DNA of 64,000 nt from an uncultured Clostridium sp. (GCA_947426525.1 CANEEJ010000004.1:2225-66224); one strand, 5' to 3'; counted from the stretch's first letter, positions 28,243 to 38,546 are shown. Numbers and translations are program-made. Notes: generated from the sequence alone by a model not told the origin.

Positions 28243-30027
28243 TTACAAAACTTCCCATCCCACTATTAATCCGCTTTTTACATGAACAACTACAGCATCA
28301 ATACCATTCGAGTCTTTTACATACAAATCTCCATTTATACCTGGCAAATTCCACGTTTTAATGAAACCATTTTCAACCGTTATTCCTTCGCCTGCGTTTG
28401 GAAATAATTTTCCACTTGCCGTATTCTTTACCCACGGTGTGTTTTCCATGTTGTTAGTATCTATCTGAAAAACAGTGTTTATTTTTCGTTTTCCATCTTG
28501 TCTGTATTCCTCACCTAATGTTATAAACTTCCCACTACAGGCTGTCATTGCTATTCCACCTTGATCAATTGCAGTTTTTGCAACAGAGTATACATTCCCA
28601 ACAAGTTCACCATTTCCTCTCCAATCAAAAAAATGAATTTCTTGTTCTTGTATTTCTAACCCTAATATTTCCTTGTTTCTGTCATATTGTCTGTAAACGC
28701 CTGTTAATTCTGCATTTCTACAAGTTAAAGTTCCGTCCTTTTTCATTTTAAAATTGTCACTATCTACAATAAATCTATTTCCTTTGATAAGTATCTCTTC
28801 TGCTGATTGACTGATTACAGAACACACTTCATTTTCGTTTACTTTTTTTCTTACTTCTAAATTTATTTCTTCTGCTGTTTGAGTTATGGATGAGTTCATT
28901 TCTACTTTAGTCGCAAATATATCTGTAAAATTGCTTTTTATTGCATATTTAATAGATATTTCTGCATTATAATTTAAAATCTCAAACTCATTTCTTTCTT
29001 CTGATAACATAAAGTCTAAAGTTCCCAAGAAACTTATTTCTTCTTGTATTTTTGTTTCTCCATTTTCATCAACTCTTCTTATTAGATTTACTCTTCCATT
29101 AATTATGCTTACTTCATCTTTTACTTCTTTGTTTGCTCTTAATACGTCTTCAATTCCCAAATCTACAACTTTTTCTTCTAAATCATTCTTGAATTTTATT
29201 CTGCTATCTCCATACGGATATAAATTTTCAGAAGGATATAAATTTTCTGCTGGATACAAATAACTAAATACATCATTATTTCCATAAATATGAATTTCTA
29301 ATATTTGACTATTAGGATATGCATCTTCTATTACAATTTTCTTTATTCCTGTTTTTGTTCTTGTTAAATCTTGTATACTCGATACTTGCTGAGTTATTCC
29401 ATTTAAATCTTGCTCTACTTTACTTATTTTTTCATCGTATTCTCCTGTTTGTTCAACTAGTTGTGTTATTTTTCCATCAATTTGGTTAATTTCTGATTGC
29501 ACTCTTCTATTTACTAACTTTTGACTTTCTTTTTTTACTGTGGTTTCTTCTTTTTGTTTTATTTGAATTTTGCTAGAAATCTCTGCTATAAATCTTCCTT
29601 CTAAAGTCATCTCTCCTTGATAGATTACTGTTTTTCCATCAATAACAATTTTATCTCCAATGTCTATGGATGGATCTATAATAGTTCTTCCTTCAAAGCT
29701 GTTTGCTACCAAGCCATTTATGTTGTTATAGATATTTTGTACTTGTTCTTCATCTACAATATACATATTATCCTGGTTTATCCAAAGATTGTTTCTTGTT
29801 TCATCTCCAAATTTAAAACTTCTTATTCCATCTTCATAAGATACTTTTGTTATTTTAAATTCTTCTCCCCACTTGTAATCTGCAAATAGTTCTAATGTTA
29901 TTTCGGTCTCATCCTGATAGATTTCTCTAAAATATAATTTTCCATCTCTACCAATACACGCAAAACATCCTGCACTTTCTGCAATATAGCTTATATATTC
30001 TCTTGCTGTTACCATATTGTCATACAC
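28243..30027 (-). CDS. tail-associated (Tal-like) protein, C-terminal 594-aa part
   Basis: Position after the tape measure. Its frame continues upstream (GSTSFLNSDKQVAVYDN...) into 30047-30604 after a shift. Confidence 0.65.
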   Translation of the reverse strand: MYDNMVTAREYISYIAESAGCFACIGRDGKLYFREIYQDETEITLELFADYKWGEEFKITKVSYEDGIRSFKFGDETRNNLWINQDNMYIVDEEQVQNIYNNINGLVANSFEGRTIIDPSIDIGDKIVIDGKTVIYQGEMTLEGRFIAEISSKIQIKQKEETTVKKESQKLVNRRVQSEINQIDGKITQLVEQTGEYDEKISKVEQDLNGITQQVSSIQDLTRTKTGIKKIVIEDAYPNSQILEIHIYGNNDVFSYLYPAENLYPSENLYPYGDSRIKFKNDLEEKVVDLGIEDVLRANKEVKDEVSIINGRVNLIRRVDENGETKIQEEISFLGTLDFMLSEERNEFEILNYNAEISIKYAIKSNFTDIFATKVEMNSSITQTAEEINLEVRKKVNENEVCSVISQSAEEILIKGNRFIVDSDNFKMKKDGTLTCRNAELTGVYRQYDRNKEILGLEIQEQEIHFFDWRGNGELVGNVYSVAKTAIDQGGIAMTACSGKFITLGEEYRQDGKRKINTVFQIDTNNMENTPWVKNTASGKLFPNAGEGITVENGFIKTWNLPGINGDLYVKDSNGIDAVVVHVKSGLIVGWEVL

Positions 30028-30046
30028 GGCGACTTGTTTATCCGAA

Positions 30047-30604
30047 TTAAGAAAAGAGGTAGAACCGTAATTCTACTTCTGCTTTATTACATATATCTTG
30101 CGCTACCTCTGCTAGTGTTGCATAGCCATTTTGAGCTATCAGTTCACTACCATCATAATTAAATTCAAATTTAATCATATTGTCTAGTGCTTTTATAGTT
30201 ATTGTATTGTCATCATTGTCAGTGTAGTCATCTACATTGTATATTCCAATTGGTATCATTTCAAAACTACTGTCATTAGCTGATAAACTTTTTACCTGTA
30301 TTCCATTCAACGTTCCTACTAGCATCTTATTTACTTCTGCAACAGTTAAGGCATTGTTTATTAATATTCCATATTCTACTCTAACTATCTTTGGATTACT
30401 CGGAATTTTGTCTTTATATAACTGCATTTCTATATATTGTGATGGCGTACTTCCCAAAGCAAATTCTTCATCAAATACATTTCCACCTTTTTTGAAATCA
30501 AAGATATAGTCTGGATTTACTAAAACATCGTCGATATATATATTCATTACACATTGCACATTTTTATAAATATTATCTTTCCACTTTTGACTTGTTGGAT
30601 ACAT
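30047..30604 (-). CDS. tail-associated protein, N-terminal part
   Basis: Contiguous with 28243-30027 except for a 1-nt frame break near 30040. Confidence 0.6.
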   Translation of the reverse strand: MYPTSQKWKDNIYKNVQCVMNIYIDDVLVNPDYIFDFKKGGNVFDEEFALGSTPSQYIEMQLYKDKIPSNPKIVRVEYGILINNALTVAEVNKMLVGTLNGIQVKSLSANDSSFEMIPIGIYNVDDYTDNDDNTITIKALDNMIKFEFNYDGSELIAQNGYATLAEVAQDICNKAEVELRFYLFS

Positions 30605-30606
30605 TG

Positions 30607-31002
30607 TTATCCTCCTTTTTGGATTTCTACTAAAGATTTTTGCATTAAACTAAAAGACACTTTCCATTTTGATTTGGAAGTGTCTTCATCATTGCCTGTT
30701 AAATGCATTTCACAACTTCTCTTAGAACAACGAAAAGGAGCAGTAATCATACCGCCCCTTACGCTTGGACATTTTATAGTTACTGTCATAGGATTTTCAT
30801 ATGTTGCTTGCAACAATTCTTCTGCTTCTTCTTCTGTACAATAATCCCAACTCATTTCGAGTTTTAACATCCCTTGTGCTACTACATTATCTATCAATGC
30901 TCCTGTTACTTTAGAAGTATAGCTATTATTATCTAAGTCTTCTATATTATCCTTATATGTAGATGGTGTTTTCATTAATTTACCATTTAATTTCCACAAC
31001 AT
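30607..31002 (-). CDS. small distal-tail/baseplate protein (call is position-based)
   Basis: Lies immediately downstream of the tape measure. Confidence 0.45.
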   Translation of the reverse strand: MLWKLNGKLMKTPSTYKDNIEDLDNNSYTSKVTGALIDNVVAQGMLKLEMSWDYCTEEEAEELLQATYENPMTVTIKCPSVRGGMITAPFRCSKRSCEMHLTGNDEDTSKSKWKVSFSLMQKSLVEIQKGG

Positions 31003-31006
31003 AATT

Positions 31007-33679
31007 TTATCCTCCTACCAATGCTTCTAATCCATTTCCACTTCTTCTTTTCATATCTCGTAAATCCTCTAGTAGTATTTGTCCTAACTTCTTATTACTT
31101 ACATTTACAGTCAAATAAATTGGTTTATTATTTCCATCTCCTAATTCACTATCAGTTAACGCTTTTTTCATAGTGTCATACATAATGCTTTGAGGTGCTA
31201 CAATCTCTGGGTTTGAATTTGCTCCTGAATATTCTCCTGCCATTACAAGTGTTTCATCATACAAAACCCCACCTTTAGCTAATCGTGGGATTTGTGGGAC
31301 ACTAACTGTACTTATCCAACTAAATGGTCTTAATCCCATAATATCTACGCTCTTGATAGCTCTTAAAGCTGAATTTAATCCGTTAAATGGTACTGATATC
31401 ACTTTGTTAATTCCACTTATAATTGCATTTACAATTGCTTTTAATCCACTTAAAATTCCTTCTTTGATACCATCAAATATCCTTCCACCTGTACTGAATA
31501 CATTCTTAACAGCTTGCCATGCTTGACTAAATTTATCATGAAACCAACCTGATATATTCCCAAAAATAGAAGTAATTCCATTCCAAGCTCCTTGTGCACC
31601 TTCTTTAACTTTACTCTTTATCGTATTCCATACATTTTGTGTAGTGCTTACTACTTTATTCCATATATTAACCACAGTGTCTTTTATGGAATTAAACACT
31701 GTACTCGCTGTTTGTTTTATATTCTCCCAAATTCCAAATATTGTACTTACTAGACTTTGTATTCCGTTAAATAGCCCTTGAATTATGTTTTGACCAAATT
31801 CTGCAAATACTGTTGATGGAGAATGTATTCCTAGCGCATTGCAAAATGCCTCTATAATTGGATAAACCATATTGTTGTATATCCACTCGCCTATTCCTAT
31901 TAATCCATCTACTATTCCTTTTAGTATTCCTAATACAACATTACCACCACATTCTTCTGTTTTTTCTAAAAAAAAGTCTGCTAAAGGATATACAATTCCT
32001 TCTAACAAAATGGATGCTATTAATGTTGATGCTCCACCTATGGATGCTCCTAATGCTGAGCATAACCCAGAAATTACTCCGCTCCAATCTATATTAGTTA
32101 AGAATGTTACAATATCTTGTCCTATTCCTGCCCAATCAATTGTTGTCAATGTTGTTGTTATAGTATCTAGCACGCCTTTTATTCCATCACCTAATATTTT
32201 TCCTGCTGTTACCCAGTCCACATTCTTAAAGAATCCATTTATACTGTTCCCTATTGCTCTTCCAAACTGTTTCCAATCAAATGTAGTTACAAAACTATAC
32301 CCAAAATAAATAATTGTATTTAATCCTTGTGCAAATGTATTTCCGACTTGGATCCAATTAGTTGTTGCTATAAATCCATTTAAAAACAAAGCTATATTAG
32401 TTCCTATTTTTCTTGCACTTTCTTGAATTTTATCCCAAGGAATGCTATCCATAGCTTCATTCAGTTTTTGCCCAATTGCACTTCCGACTTCATACCAATT
32501 TCCATTTTTTATAGCATCTATAATGCTGTTAGGTGTATTATCTATACCAGACAAGTCAAAGTTAGGAGATGCTCCTCCTCCGCTTCCACCTCCACCTTCA
32601 GAATTATTATCTTGTATGTTGTTAATTTCGTCATGAACTCCTGCTAATTGTTTTGTTTCTTCTTTTGCTTTTTTGGCACTTCCTGCCATAGCACCATAAG
32701 ATTTCGCACTAGCGTTAGCAAATATATTTACTTTAAATAAAGCATATACTACGCTTTGAATAGCTTTCATTAATTGATATACTAAATTAGTAACCCACTG
32801 TATTACTGGTGCTAACGCTGACCCCATAGCATATTTCATATAGTCTATATTTGCACTTAATTGTTGTGCTCCAGCATTCTGGCTTGATAACCATGATTGT
32901 GCAGAATTGCTTAAAACAGAATAAATTCCTCTTAATGAAAACAAAGCTCCTGCATATCTTAAAACATGTCTTAATCCTTGCTTAACTCCACTTCCCATAT
33001 TCTTTATGTTATTTGTAATATTTTGTGTTAAACTTGGCATTTGTTTAAAAGTATTTTTAAAGTTACTTACACTTCCTTTTGCCTGTTCTAATTTTCCTTT
33101 AAAAGAACTAAAAAAACTACTCAATTTACTTTGAGTAGTTGCTGTTTGATTTGTTTCTTGTTTTAATTGTGCCATTTTATTTTTTGCTTCATTTAACTGG
33201 TTGTTATACAGGCTAATTTCTTGTGTCATTTTTTGTTCTTGTGCTAATAATGAATTATATTCTTTGTTTTTTGCTAAACTATTGTCTATTGTTTGTTGGA
33301 TTGCTGGATTATCTGAATTTACACCTTCTGGTGTAACAGCTTTTGTTGTTTTTGATGTAATTTCATCTAGTCTTGGCGTTATAACATTCAATTTCATTTG
33401 TCTGGCATTTATTTTTTCTTGCAAACTATCTATTTGCTTTTGAATTTGACTTATTTGTTTTTCTGCATCTTTGTTAGTAACTTTTATCGCAATTTCATTG
33501 TTTTGTGTACTTTTCTTTAAATCTTCCATTTTCTTTTTTACAAACTGTGATGCACTTTGAAACTTATTCTTTATAGTGTCTGTATCCAGTTTTTGAAAGC
33601 TATCTTGTGCTTGCTGAACCGCTTTTCTTATTGTTGGTACTATCTTCATAGTTTCTCTTAGTACACTTTCTATTCTCAT
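31007..33679 (-). CDS. tail tape measure protein
   Basis: 890 aa with an N-terminal coiled coil, a glycine-rich hydrophobic centre, and the expected position. The start is uncertain: the GGAGG at ~33715 is not matched by an in-frame ATG. Confidence 0.85.
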   Translation of the reverse strand: MRIESVLRETMKIVPTIRKAVQQAQDSFQKLDTDTIKNKFQSASQFVKKKMEDLKKSTQNNEIAIKVTNKDAEKQISQIQKQIDSLQEKINARQMKLNVITPRLDEITSKTTKAVTPEGVNSDNPAIQQTIDNSLAKNKEYNSLLAQEQKMTQEISLYNNQLNEAKNKMAQLKQETNQTATTQSKLSSFFSSFKGKLEQAKGSVSNFKNTFKQMPSLTQNITNNIKNMGSGVKQGLRHVLRYAGALFSLRGIYSVLSNSAQSWLSSQNAGAQQLSANIDYMKYAMGSALAPVIQWVTNLVYQLMKAIQSVVYALFKVNIFANASAKSYGAMAGSAKKAKEETKQLAGVHDEINNIQDNNSEGGGGSGGGASPNFDLSGIDNTPNSIIDAIKNGNWYEVGSAIGQKLNEAMDSIPWDKIQESARKIGTNIALFLNGFIATTNWIQVGNTFAQGLNTIIYFGYSFVTTFDWKQFGRAIGNSINGFFKNVDWVTAGKILGDGIKGVLDTITTTLTTIDWAGIGQDIVTFLTNIDWSGVISGLCSALGASIGGASTLIASILLEGIVYPLADFFLEKTEECGGNVVLGILKGIVDGLIGIGEWIYNNMVYPIIEAFCNALGIHSPSTVFAEFGQNIIQGLFNGIQSLVSTIFGIWENIKQTASTVFNSIKDTVVNIWNKVVSTTQNVWNTIKSKVKEGAQGAWNGITSIFGNISGWFHDKFSQAWQAVKNVFSTGGRIFDGIKEGILSGLKAIVNAIISGINKVISVPFNGLNSALRAIKSVDIMGLRPFSWISTVSVPQIPRLAKGGVLYDETLVMAGEYSGANSNPEIVAPQSIMYDTMKKALTDSELGDGNNKPIYLTVNVSNKKLGQILLEDLRDMKRRSGNGLEALVGG

Positions 33680-33778
33680 TGTTACAATTATTTCTAATTC
33701 TTCAATAGTAATAAGCCATTCCTCCTTTCTTGCAAAATAAAAACACCTACATTTCTGTAAGTGTCTCTTTATTTTATA

Positions 33779-34387
33779 TTAATACATTGAAGCTTCAACG
33801 ATTTTAAAAGTAGCATTTTGCATTTCTTCTAATTTGTCTGAGCTTATGTAAGTAAATGTTTCAAAATCTTGTTCTTGTCCAGCTCCTAAATTGTTAGCAT
33901 ACACATAATCTTGATTAATTCTTGCCCCTGTTGAATCAACTGCTTCAATTTGAATACTAAAAGATTTTGTTTCTGTAGTTTTGTTTTTTACATGTACTAA
34001 TAATTTTGTGTCTGTCATTCCATATTGCCCTTTTTTCGCTTCTAAGCTTCCTAGTGAAACTTCGACATCATTTGCTAATACTTCTTCTGTATTGCTTCCA
34101 GTAGCCTTATCTAATTCTTTGCTTACAGCATTTAATGAATCAGATAGTGCTTTTTGAGAATTAATTGTTATTATCATTGCTAAAACACAAATAATAATCC
34201 CTGCGATTGCTTGTCCTTTGCTTGCCTTTTTAACTAATGCTACTACTCCAAGAACAATTCCTATCAATCCTAGTACAAAAGATAAGTTATTTATTATAGG
34301 AATGAACGATGTACAAACTCCTATAATCCCTAATACTAATCCCGCAGTAGCAAATCCGCTCTTTTTTGTTTCTTCATAATTCGCCAT
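33779..34387 (-). CDS. moron membrane protein (2-3 TM N-terminus plus beta-rich extracytoplasmic domain)
   Basis: Has its own TATAAT promoter, AGGAGGA RBS and terminator, inserted between the tail chaperone and tape measure genes. Confidence 0.7.
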   Translation of the reverse strand: MANYEETKKSGFATAGLVLGIIGVCTSFIPIINNLSFVLGLIGIVLGVVALVKKASKGQAIAGIIICVLAMIITINSQKALSDSLNAVSKELDKATGSNTEEVLANDVEVSLGSLEAKKGQYGMTDTKLLVHVKNKTTETKSFSIQIEAVDSTGARINQDYVYANNLGAGQEQDFETFTYISSDKLEEMQNATFKIVEASMY

Positions 34388-34470
34388 AATATTCCTCCTT
34401 TTATTTATATGAAATATTATATCACCTATTTTTGATATTTTATGTCGAAATTTGTCGAAAACAAAAATGT

Positions 34471-34821
34471 TTATTTACTAATTTTCATAATTTCTCTCAT
34501 TTTTCTTGTTATTTCTTCTGGGGATATTATTTTTTGTCCTTCTTCCTTAAATAAATCCTTATAGCTATCACGTATTGGTATTATTTTTGGTTTTTTGCTC
34601 ATACTATCAGCCATAATTATTTTATTAGTCATCGCTTCTTGTAAATTTATTTCACGTTTTAAATCGTCTACTATTTTAACCAAATGCGTTTGAATATAAA
34701 TGTTTATTTCTCTGTATGTACTATTCCAAAATTCTCTTGGTTTCATATCAAAATAATAGCAAAGAGGCTCTGTTGCATATAACAACTCAATTAAATTGTT
34801 AGCCTCTTTTATTCTTTGCAC
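34471..34821 (-). CDS. tail-module protein (chaperone T-like position)
   Basis: Position only. Confidence 0.45.
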   Translation of the reverse strand: MQRIKEANNLIELLYATEPLCYYFDMKPREFWNSTYREINIYIQTHLVKIVDDLKREINLQEAMTNKIIMADSMSKKPKIIPIRDSYKDLFKEEGQKIISPEEITRKMREIMKISK

Positions 34822-34829
34822 AATATCAT

Positions 34830-35279
34830 CTATGCCTTGTATCCTTGAAATTGTTCCTCTGCAATCTTGCTTATTGCTTTCTCTGTTGATTTCTGCATTA
34901 ATTCGTTCATATTGATTGTTGATAAAGGATTTGATGTCATTTCTTCCAATTCCTTTTTGGTTTTCTTGGTTTTGAAAAAACCCTCATTATTTAATTCCTC
35001 AGCAATCTTCTTATATAAATCTATAAGAGTTCCTTTGTTCTCTTTTCTATAATCATCTAAAAAATCATATACTTCTTCTGAACTTGTAAATACATTCTTT
35101 CCATCTTCATTTTCTGCTAATATATATAACATTTTTGTTAAAGCATCTAAATCACAAATAGCATATGCTTTTGTAAATACTTCTTCAAAATTTTTGCTTT
35201 TTAAAACATTGGAAATGTCGACTATTTTCCTTGTTTTAAATACTAACTTAATTGTTTTGTTTTTTGTTTCTAAAATCAT
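34830..35279 (-). CDS. tail assembly chaperone (G-like position)
   Basis: AAGGAGAG RBS precedes ATG at 35279. Position is between the major tail and tape measure genes. Confidence 0.55.
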   Translation of the reverse strand: MILETKNKTIKLVFKTRKIVDISNVLKSKNFEEVFTKAYAICDLDALTKMLYILAENEDGKNVFTSSEEVYDFLDDYRKENKGTLIDLYKKIAEELNNEGFFKTKKTKKELEEMTSNPLSTINMNELMQKSTEKAISKIAEEQFQGYKA

Positions 35280-35295
35280 TTTATTTTCTCTCCTT

Positions 35296-35325
35296 TGCAA
35301 AAGAGAGAAGGCTCTATGCCTTCTC
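35296..35325 (-). terminator. intra-operon terminator after the major tail gene
   Basis: GAGAAGGC-ataga-GCCTTCTC followed by TCTTTT on the minus strand. Confidence 0.6.
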
Positions 35326-35404
35326 TGTGTTTTCTGGTTCTTCACCAGTTTCTTCTGTGCTAGTTACTTCCTTCGCCCTACTCCTAGCACTCATTCTAGC
35401 AGGA

Positions 35405-35848
35405 CTAGGCTGTGGGAAACCCCTTGCTTTCTTCAATAGATGTGTTTCTATATAGTGTTATTTTTGCTTTTATCATATCATCCAAAGCTAATTCAGATAA
35501 TCCAACATGAACAGTAGCTTGGAAATTCCATGTTAGTGGCTTCCCTGCTTGCTCTGCTGTTTCTTCTGGTAATTGAATAAACCAATATTCATTTGCATTA
35601 GCGCTTTCTAATGCTTTTAATTCATCATATTGTGCCTCTGTAAATATTAATTCTATTTCTAGATTTTCTGCTTTCTTTCTTCCTACTGCTTGTCTTTCAT
35701 CGTCAATGTCTAAAGCACTCCACGTAATTGGTTCTGGAGCTGTTAAAAACTTTGGTATGCTTTGTACAAAAGCAATTTGTTTACGTTCTCCTGCTTTTTC
35801 ACTTGCGTGAAATAATTTTGTCATCATTGTTGTTCTTGGTTCTGACAT
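35405..35848 (-). CDS. major tail protein
   Basis: Size and position, plus family resemblance to phi13/TP901-type major tail proteins. Confidence 0.7.
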   Translation of the reverse strand: MSEPRTTMMTKLFHASEKAGERKQIAFVQSIPKFLTAPEPITWSALDIDDERQAVGRKKAENLEIELIFTEAQYDELKALESANANEYWFIQLPEETAEQAGKPLTWNFQATVHVGLSELALDDMIKAKITLYRNTSIEESKGFPTA

Positions 35849-35864
35849 CCTAAATTCCTCCTTT

Positions 35865-36275
35865 TTATCGTATAAAATTAAAAGAGTTCGTTAACGCATT
35901 GTAACGAACTTCATATGTGGTTATTAACCTATATTTTTTTGTTATTTCATCAAATAAAATAGGACTAGTATTAGTCCTAATAAAATTTTTCTTTCTTAAT
36001 TCTAAGTCTGTTTTATTTGCCATTTCCATACAGTCTCTTTGTTTAAATGACCAGTGTTCTATTTGAATTTGAAAAGTCTTTTGAAGTGGAATTGCATTTT
36101 CTGTTTTATTTACACTTTCAAGTGGTGTGTTTATAACTCTACATGGAAATTTACTTTGCGTTGTTGGAGTTTGTAATACCGCTTCTGTCTTCTTCTTTTC
36201 AATGTCTTCTATTTGTGATAATATGTCATACGCTAAATCAGACATATCTTTGGTAGTAAAATCGTTCATTTGCAT
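35865..36275 (-). CDS. tail completion/terminator protein (call is position-based)
   Basis: Gene order. Confidence 0.45.
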   Translation of the reverse strand: MQMNDFTTKDMSDLAYDILSQIEDIEKKKTEAVLQTPTTQSKFPCRVINTPLESVNKTENAIPLQKTFQIQIEHWSFKQRDCMEMANKTDLELRKKNFIRTNTSPILFDEITKKYRLITTYEVRYNALTNSFNFIR

Positions 36276-36796
36276 ACCTCCTTCAACATTTGATATATAC
36301 GTTTTTTAACTATATCTGCATTATCATTTCTTGTTTGAAATTCTGCATCCGTCATAAAGTGATTAGCTTTAGCTCCATGTGCTATATAAAATTGTTGGTC
36401 ATTTATTATTTTTATTGGATAATTTAATGCTCTTTCTACTTTACTCACTGGTATATACCATTCTGTGTATCCAGTTTCTAAAAAGTGTTTTGTGGTACCT
36501 ATGTGTTCCATTTCAGCAAATTGTCCTGTTCCCCAATGTTCAAACATTGCATGCGGCATAGCCTCTTTACTTGTATATACTCTGCCTTTTACTTTCATAG
36601 TAGAAGCTTCGATCATTTCAATTAATATCCCATCTTGATTGTGTCCATACTCCAATCTGATAGCATATCCTTGTATGTTTCTTAATACATCTTCTATGCC
36701 TTCTTCTACTTTTTCTGGCAATTCTTTAACTATCTTACTTAGTTTCTTTTCAAGATTGTTTAGTCCTTTTATTTCGCATTTAAAACTAATCCCCAT
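36266..36796 (-). CDS. HK97 gp10-like head-tail joining protein
   Basis: N-terminus FKCEIKGLNNLEKKL... is typical of the gp10 family. ATG at 36796 overlaps the upstream stop. Confidence 0.6.
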   Translation of the reverse strand: MGISFKCEIKGLNNLEKKLSKIVKELPEKVEEGIEDVLRNIQGYAIRLEYGHNQDGILIEMIEASTMKVKGRVYTSKEAMPHAMFEHWGTGQFAEMEHIGTTKHFLETGYTEWYIPVSKVERALNYPIKIINDQQFYIAHGAKANHFMTDAEFQTRNDNADIVKKRIYQMLKEVCK

Positions 36797-37118
36797 TATA
36801 CTGCTCCAATCTATATACATACGTACTTCCAATTTGATTAATATCAATAACTCGATATTCTGGAACAAATTCTTCCATTTCAGATATATCTGTTAATGAT
36901 ATTCCATCTCCTTTTTGTATATCGTATATTTGTTGTGTTCTAGCTTTATAAATGCTGTAATCTACTTCTCCTGAACTCTTCCTATCTAATTCATTTACAT
37001 CTTGTTGCAAATTAAAATGAGCAGTTGAGATAAACTTCCATGTTTTTTCTGGTTCTCCATGATTGTTTATCTCTTCTGCTCTACTTATATATACCTTTGT
37101 TAAATCTCGTAATAACAT
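36786..37118 (-). CDS. head closure / head-tail adaptor protein
   Basis: Size and order. Confidence 0.55.
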   Translation of the reverse strand: MLLRDLTKVYISRAEEINNHGEPEKTWKFISTAHFNLQQDVNELDRKSSGEVDYSIYKARTQQIYDIQKGDGISLTDISEMEEFVPEYRVIDINQIGSTYVYRLEQYNGD

Positions 37119-37411
37119 TATTTAATCCTCCTTAGTCCAGACTTAATAATGTCATTTCTTAATTTATCTATGATATCCTCATATGAACTTGATATGCTTC
37201 CTTCTCCACGACTTTGTAGTCCTTCTGCTCCTCTAGTTAAATAAATAGCTTTTACAGTTTTTTTTACATATGGAAATAACTTTTTTTCATTCTTATTGTT
37301 AGAAATATCAAAGGCAATAGAACTTACTTCCTCTAATATTTCTTTTAGAACTTTTTCATCATTTTGATAATTAGCTCCTAAATCCGCTATTATTTTCTCT
37401 ATATTTTCCAT
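37118..37411 (-). CDS. gp6-like head-tail connector protein
   Basis: Size and order directly after the capsid gene. Confidence 0.55.
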   Translation of the reverse strand: MENIEKIIADLGANYQNDEKVLKEILEEVSSIAFDISNNKNEKKLFPYVKKTVKAIYLTRGAEGLQSRGEGSISSSYEDIIDKLRNDIIKSGLRRIK

Positions 37412-37427
37412 TCTATTGCCTCCTTAA

Positions 37428-38546
37428 TTATTCTTTAACAACTACTGTTGCTTGTCCTGCTTTTTTAGCTTTATTATCTGCATCTACTTCAACTACGACT
37501 ATTTTTTGTCCTGCTGTTGCTGATATTTCATCTGTTCCATTCCATGCTATATACCCTGTTGTGCATACCGCACCAAATTCAGGAATTGTTGGGTTGGCTG
37601 CTACTTTGTATTTATAGCTATTTCCGCTTGTTACAGTTGGAGCAACTGTTATTTTAGTTTTACCTGTTGTAGTTCCTGCTACTGATGTTACTGTTAAATC
37701 TTCTAAGCCTTCTTCTTCAACATAGAAAATAGTATCCTCCATTAACGCTTGTGTACCTTTGTATAAGTAATCTTCTAATGCTACCGCATCATCAAATGGC
37801 ACTTTTTCTGCACTATATTCTGAAACATAATAAGGTTGTGCAATAGCTCCATCAATCATAACAGCACAATGTACACGACCTGGCATTCTTATTGACTCAT
37901 ATACTCTTACAGAATCATACATACCAATTGCTTGTTCTTTTGGGTCAGTTCCATTTGGTAATTCGTCAAGTATTTTCTTCATTCCTTTTCTGTATGTACT
38001 ATCTACTACAATTACAAGCATATCTGATTCTATACCATCTATAAAATCATTCTTTAATGTTCTTGCCCTTTGTAATAAATCGTCTATTGTATCTTGTATT
38101 GTTGCTTTAGCTTCAACTTTTGTTCCTTTTAATATTTCTTTGAAGAACTCTCTGTCTAAGTATCTAATTATAGCTGATTGATGATTTACTTTTCTTCTTT
38201 CAGCCATTCCATCAATACCATATAATTTAACATCTTTTCCCTGTAATTCTTCTACTATTTCCTTGTCATCATTGATATATACTTTAACTGGTTTTGCTTT
38301 TAATTTGTTTCCCTCTCCAGCTCTTCTTGCAGTACCTTTATCTTGTAACTCTGCATTTACAAACCTTTTGTATTCAATTACTCCACCTTCTGGATTTCCT
38401 GAACCATTTTTAGCTTTGATTTGCTCTGATACTGCTTTTGCAGATACATTTTCTAAAACTCCATTTAATACTTCTTTTAGGTTTTCTTTGGTTGTACCAT
38501 CTTGCATCATAATATTTAATGCTTCTTGTGTTATTTTTTCTTCCAT
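37428..38546 (-). CDS. major capsid protein with C-terminal Ig-like extension
   Basis: Position after the scaffold gene. The C-terminal ~90 aa is beta-rich (TVTSVAGTTTGKTKITVAP...). Confidence 0.8.
   Translation of the reverse strand: MEEKITQEALNIMMQDGTTKENLKEVLNGVLENVSAKAVSEQIKAKNGSGNPEGGVIEYKRFVNAELQDKGTARRAGEGNKLKAKPVKVYINDDKEIVEELQGKDVKLYGIDGMAERRKVNHQSAIIRYLDREFFKEILKGTKVEAKATIQDTIDDLLQRARTLKNDFIDGIESDMLVIVVDSTYRKGMKKILDELPNGTDPKEQAIGMYDSVRVYESIRMPGRVHCAVMIDGAIAQPYYVSEYSAEKVPFDDAVALEDYLYKGTQALMEDTIFYVEEEGLEDLTVTSVAGTTTGKTKITVAPTVTSGNSYKYKVAANPTIPEFGAVCTTGYIAWNGTDEISATAGQKIVVVEVDADNKAKKAGQATVVVKE

Noticed and set aside
33680-33725. Mini-ORF MAYYY* directly after GGAGGA upstream of the tape measure gene.
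   Set aside because: The RBS-ATG spacing is too short and the ORF is only 5 codons. More likely the tape measure start is mis-framed here or uses a non-ATG start. This is left as start-site uncertainty.
34790-34860. Programmed -1 frameshift (G/GT) joining tail chaperone ORFs 34830-35279 and 34471-34821.
   Set aside because: The downstream ORF is in the -1 frame. However, that frame is open for only ~14 codons before the G stop, and no X_XXY_YYZ slippery heptamer is present there. They are treated as separate genes.
35326-35410. Alternative-frame extension of the major tail protein (KKARGFPQPSPARMSARSRAKEVTSTEETGEEPENTEKA in the +1 frame past the TAG).
   Set aside because: It is short, has no recognisable slippery or stimulatory signal, and is followed immediately by a terminator. 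It is probably non-coding spacer.
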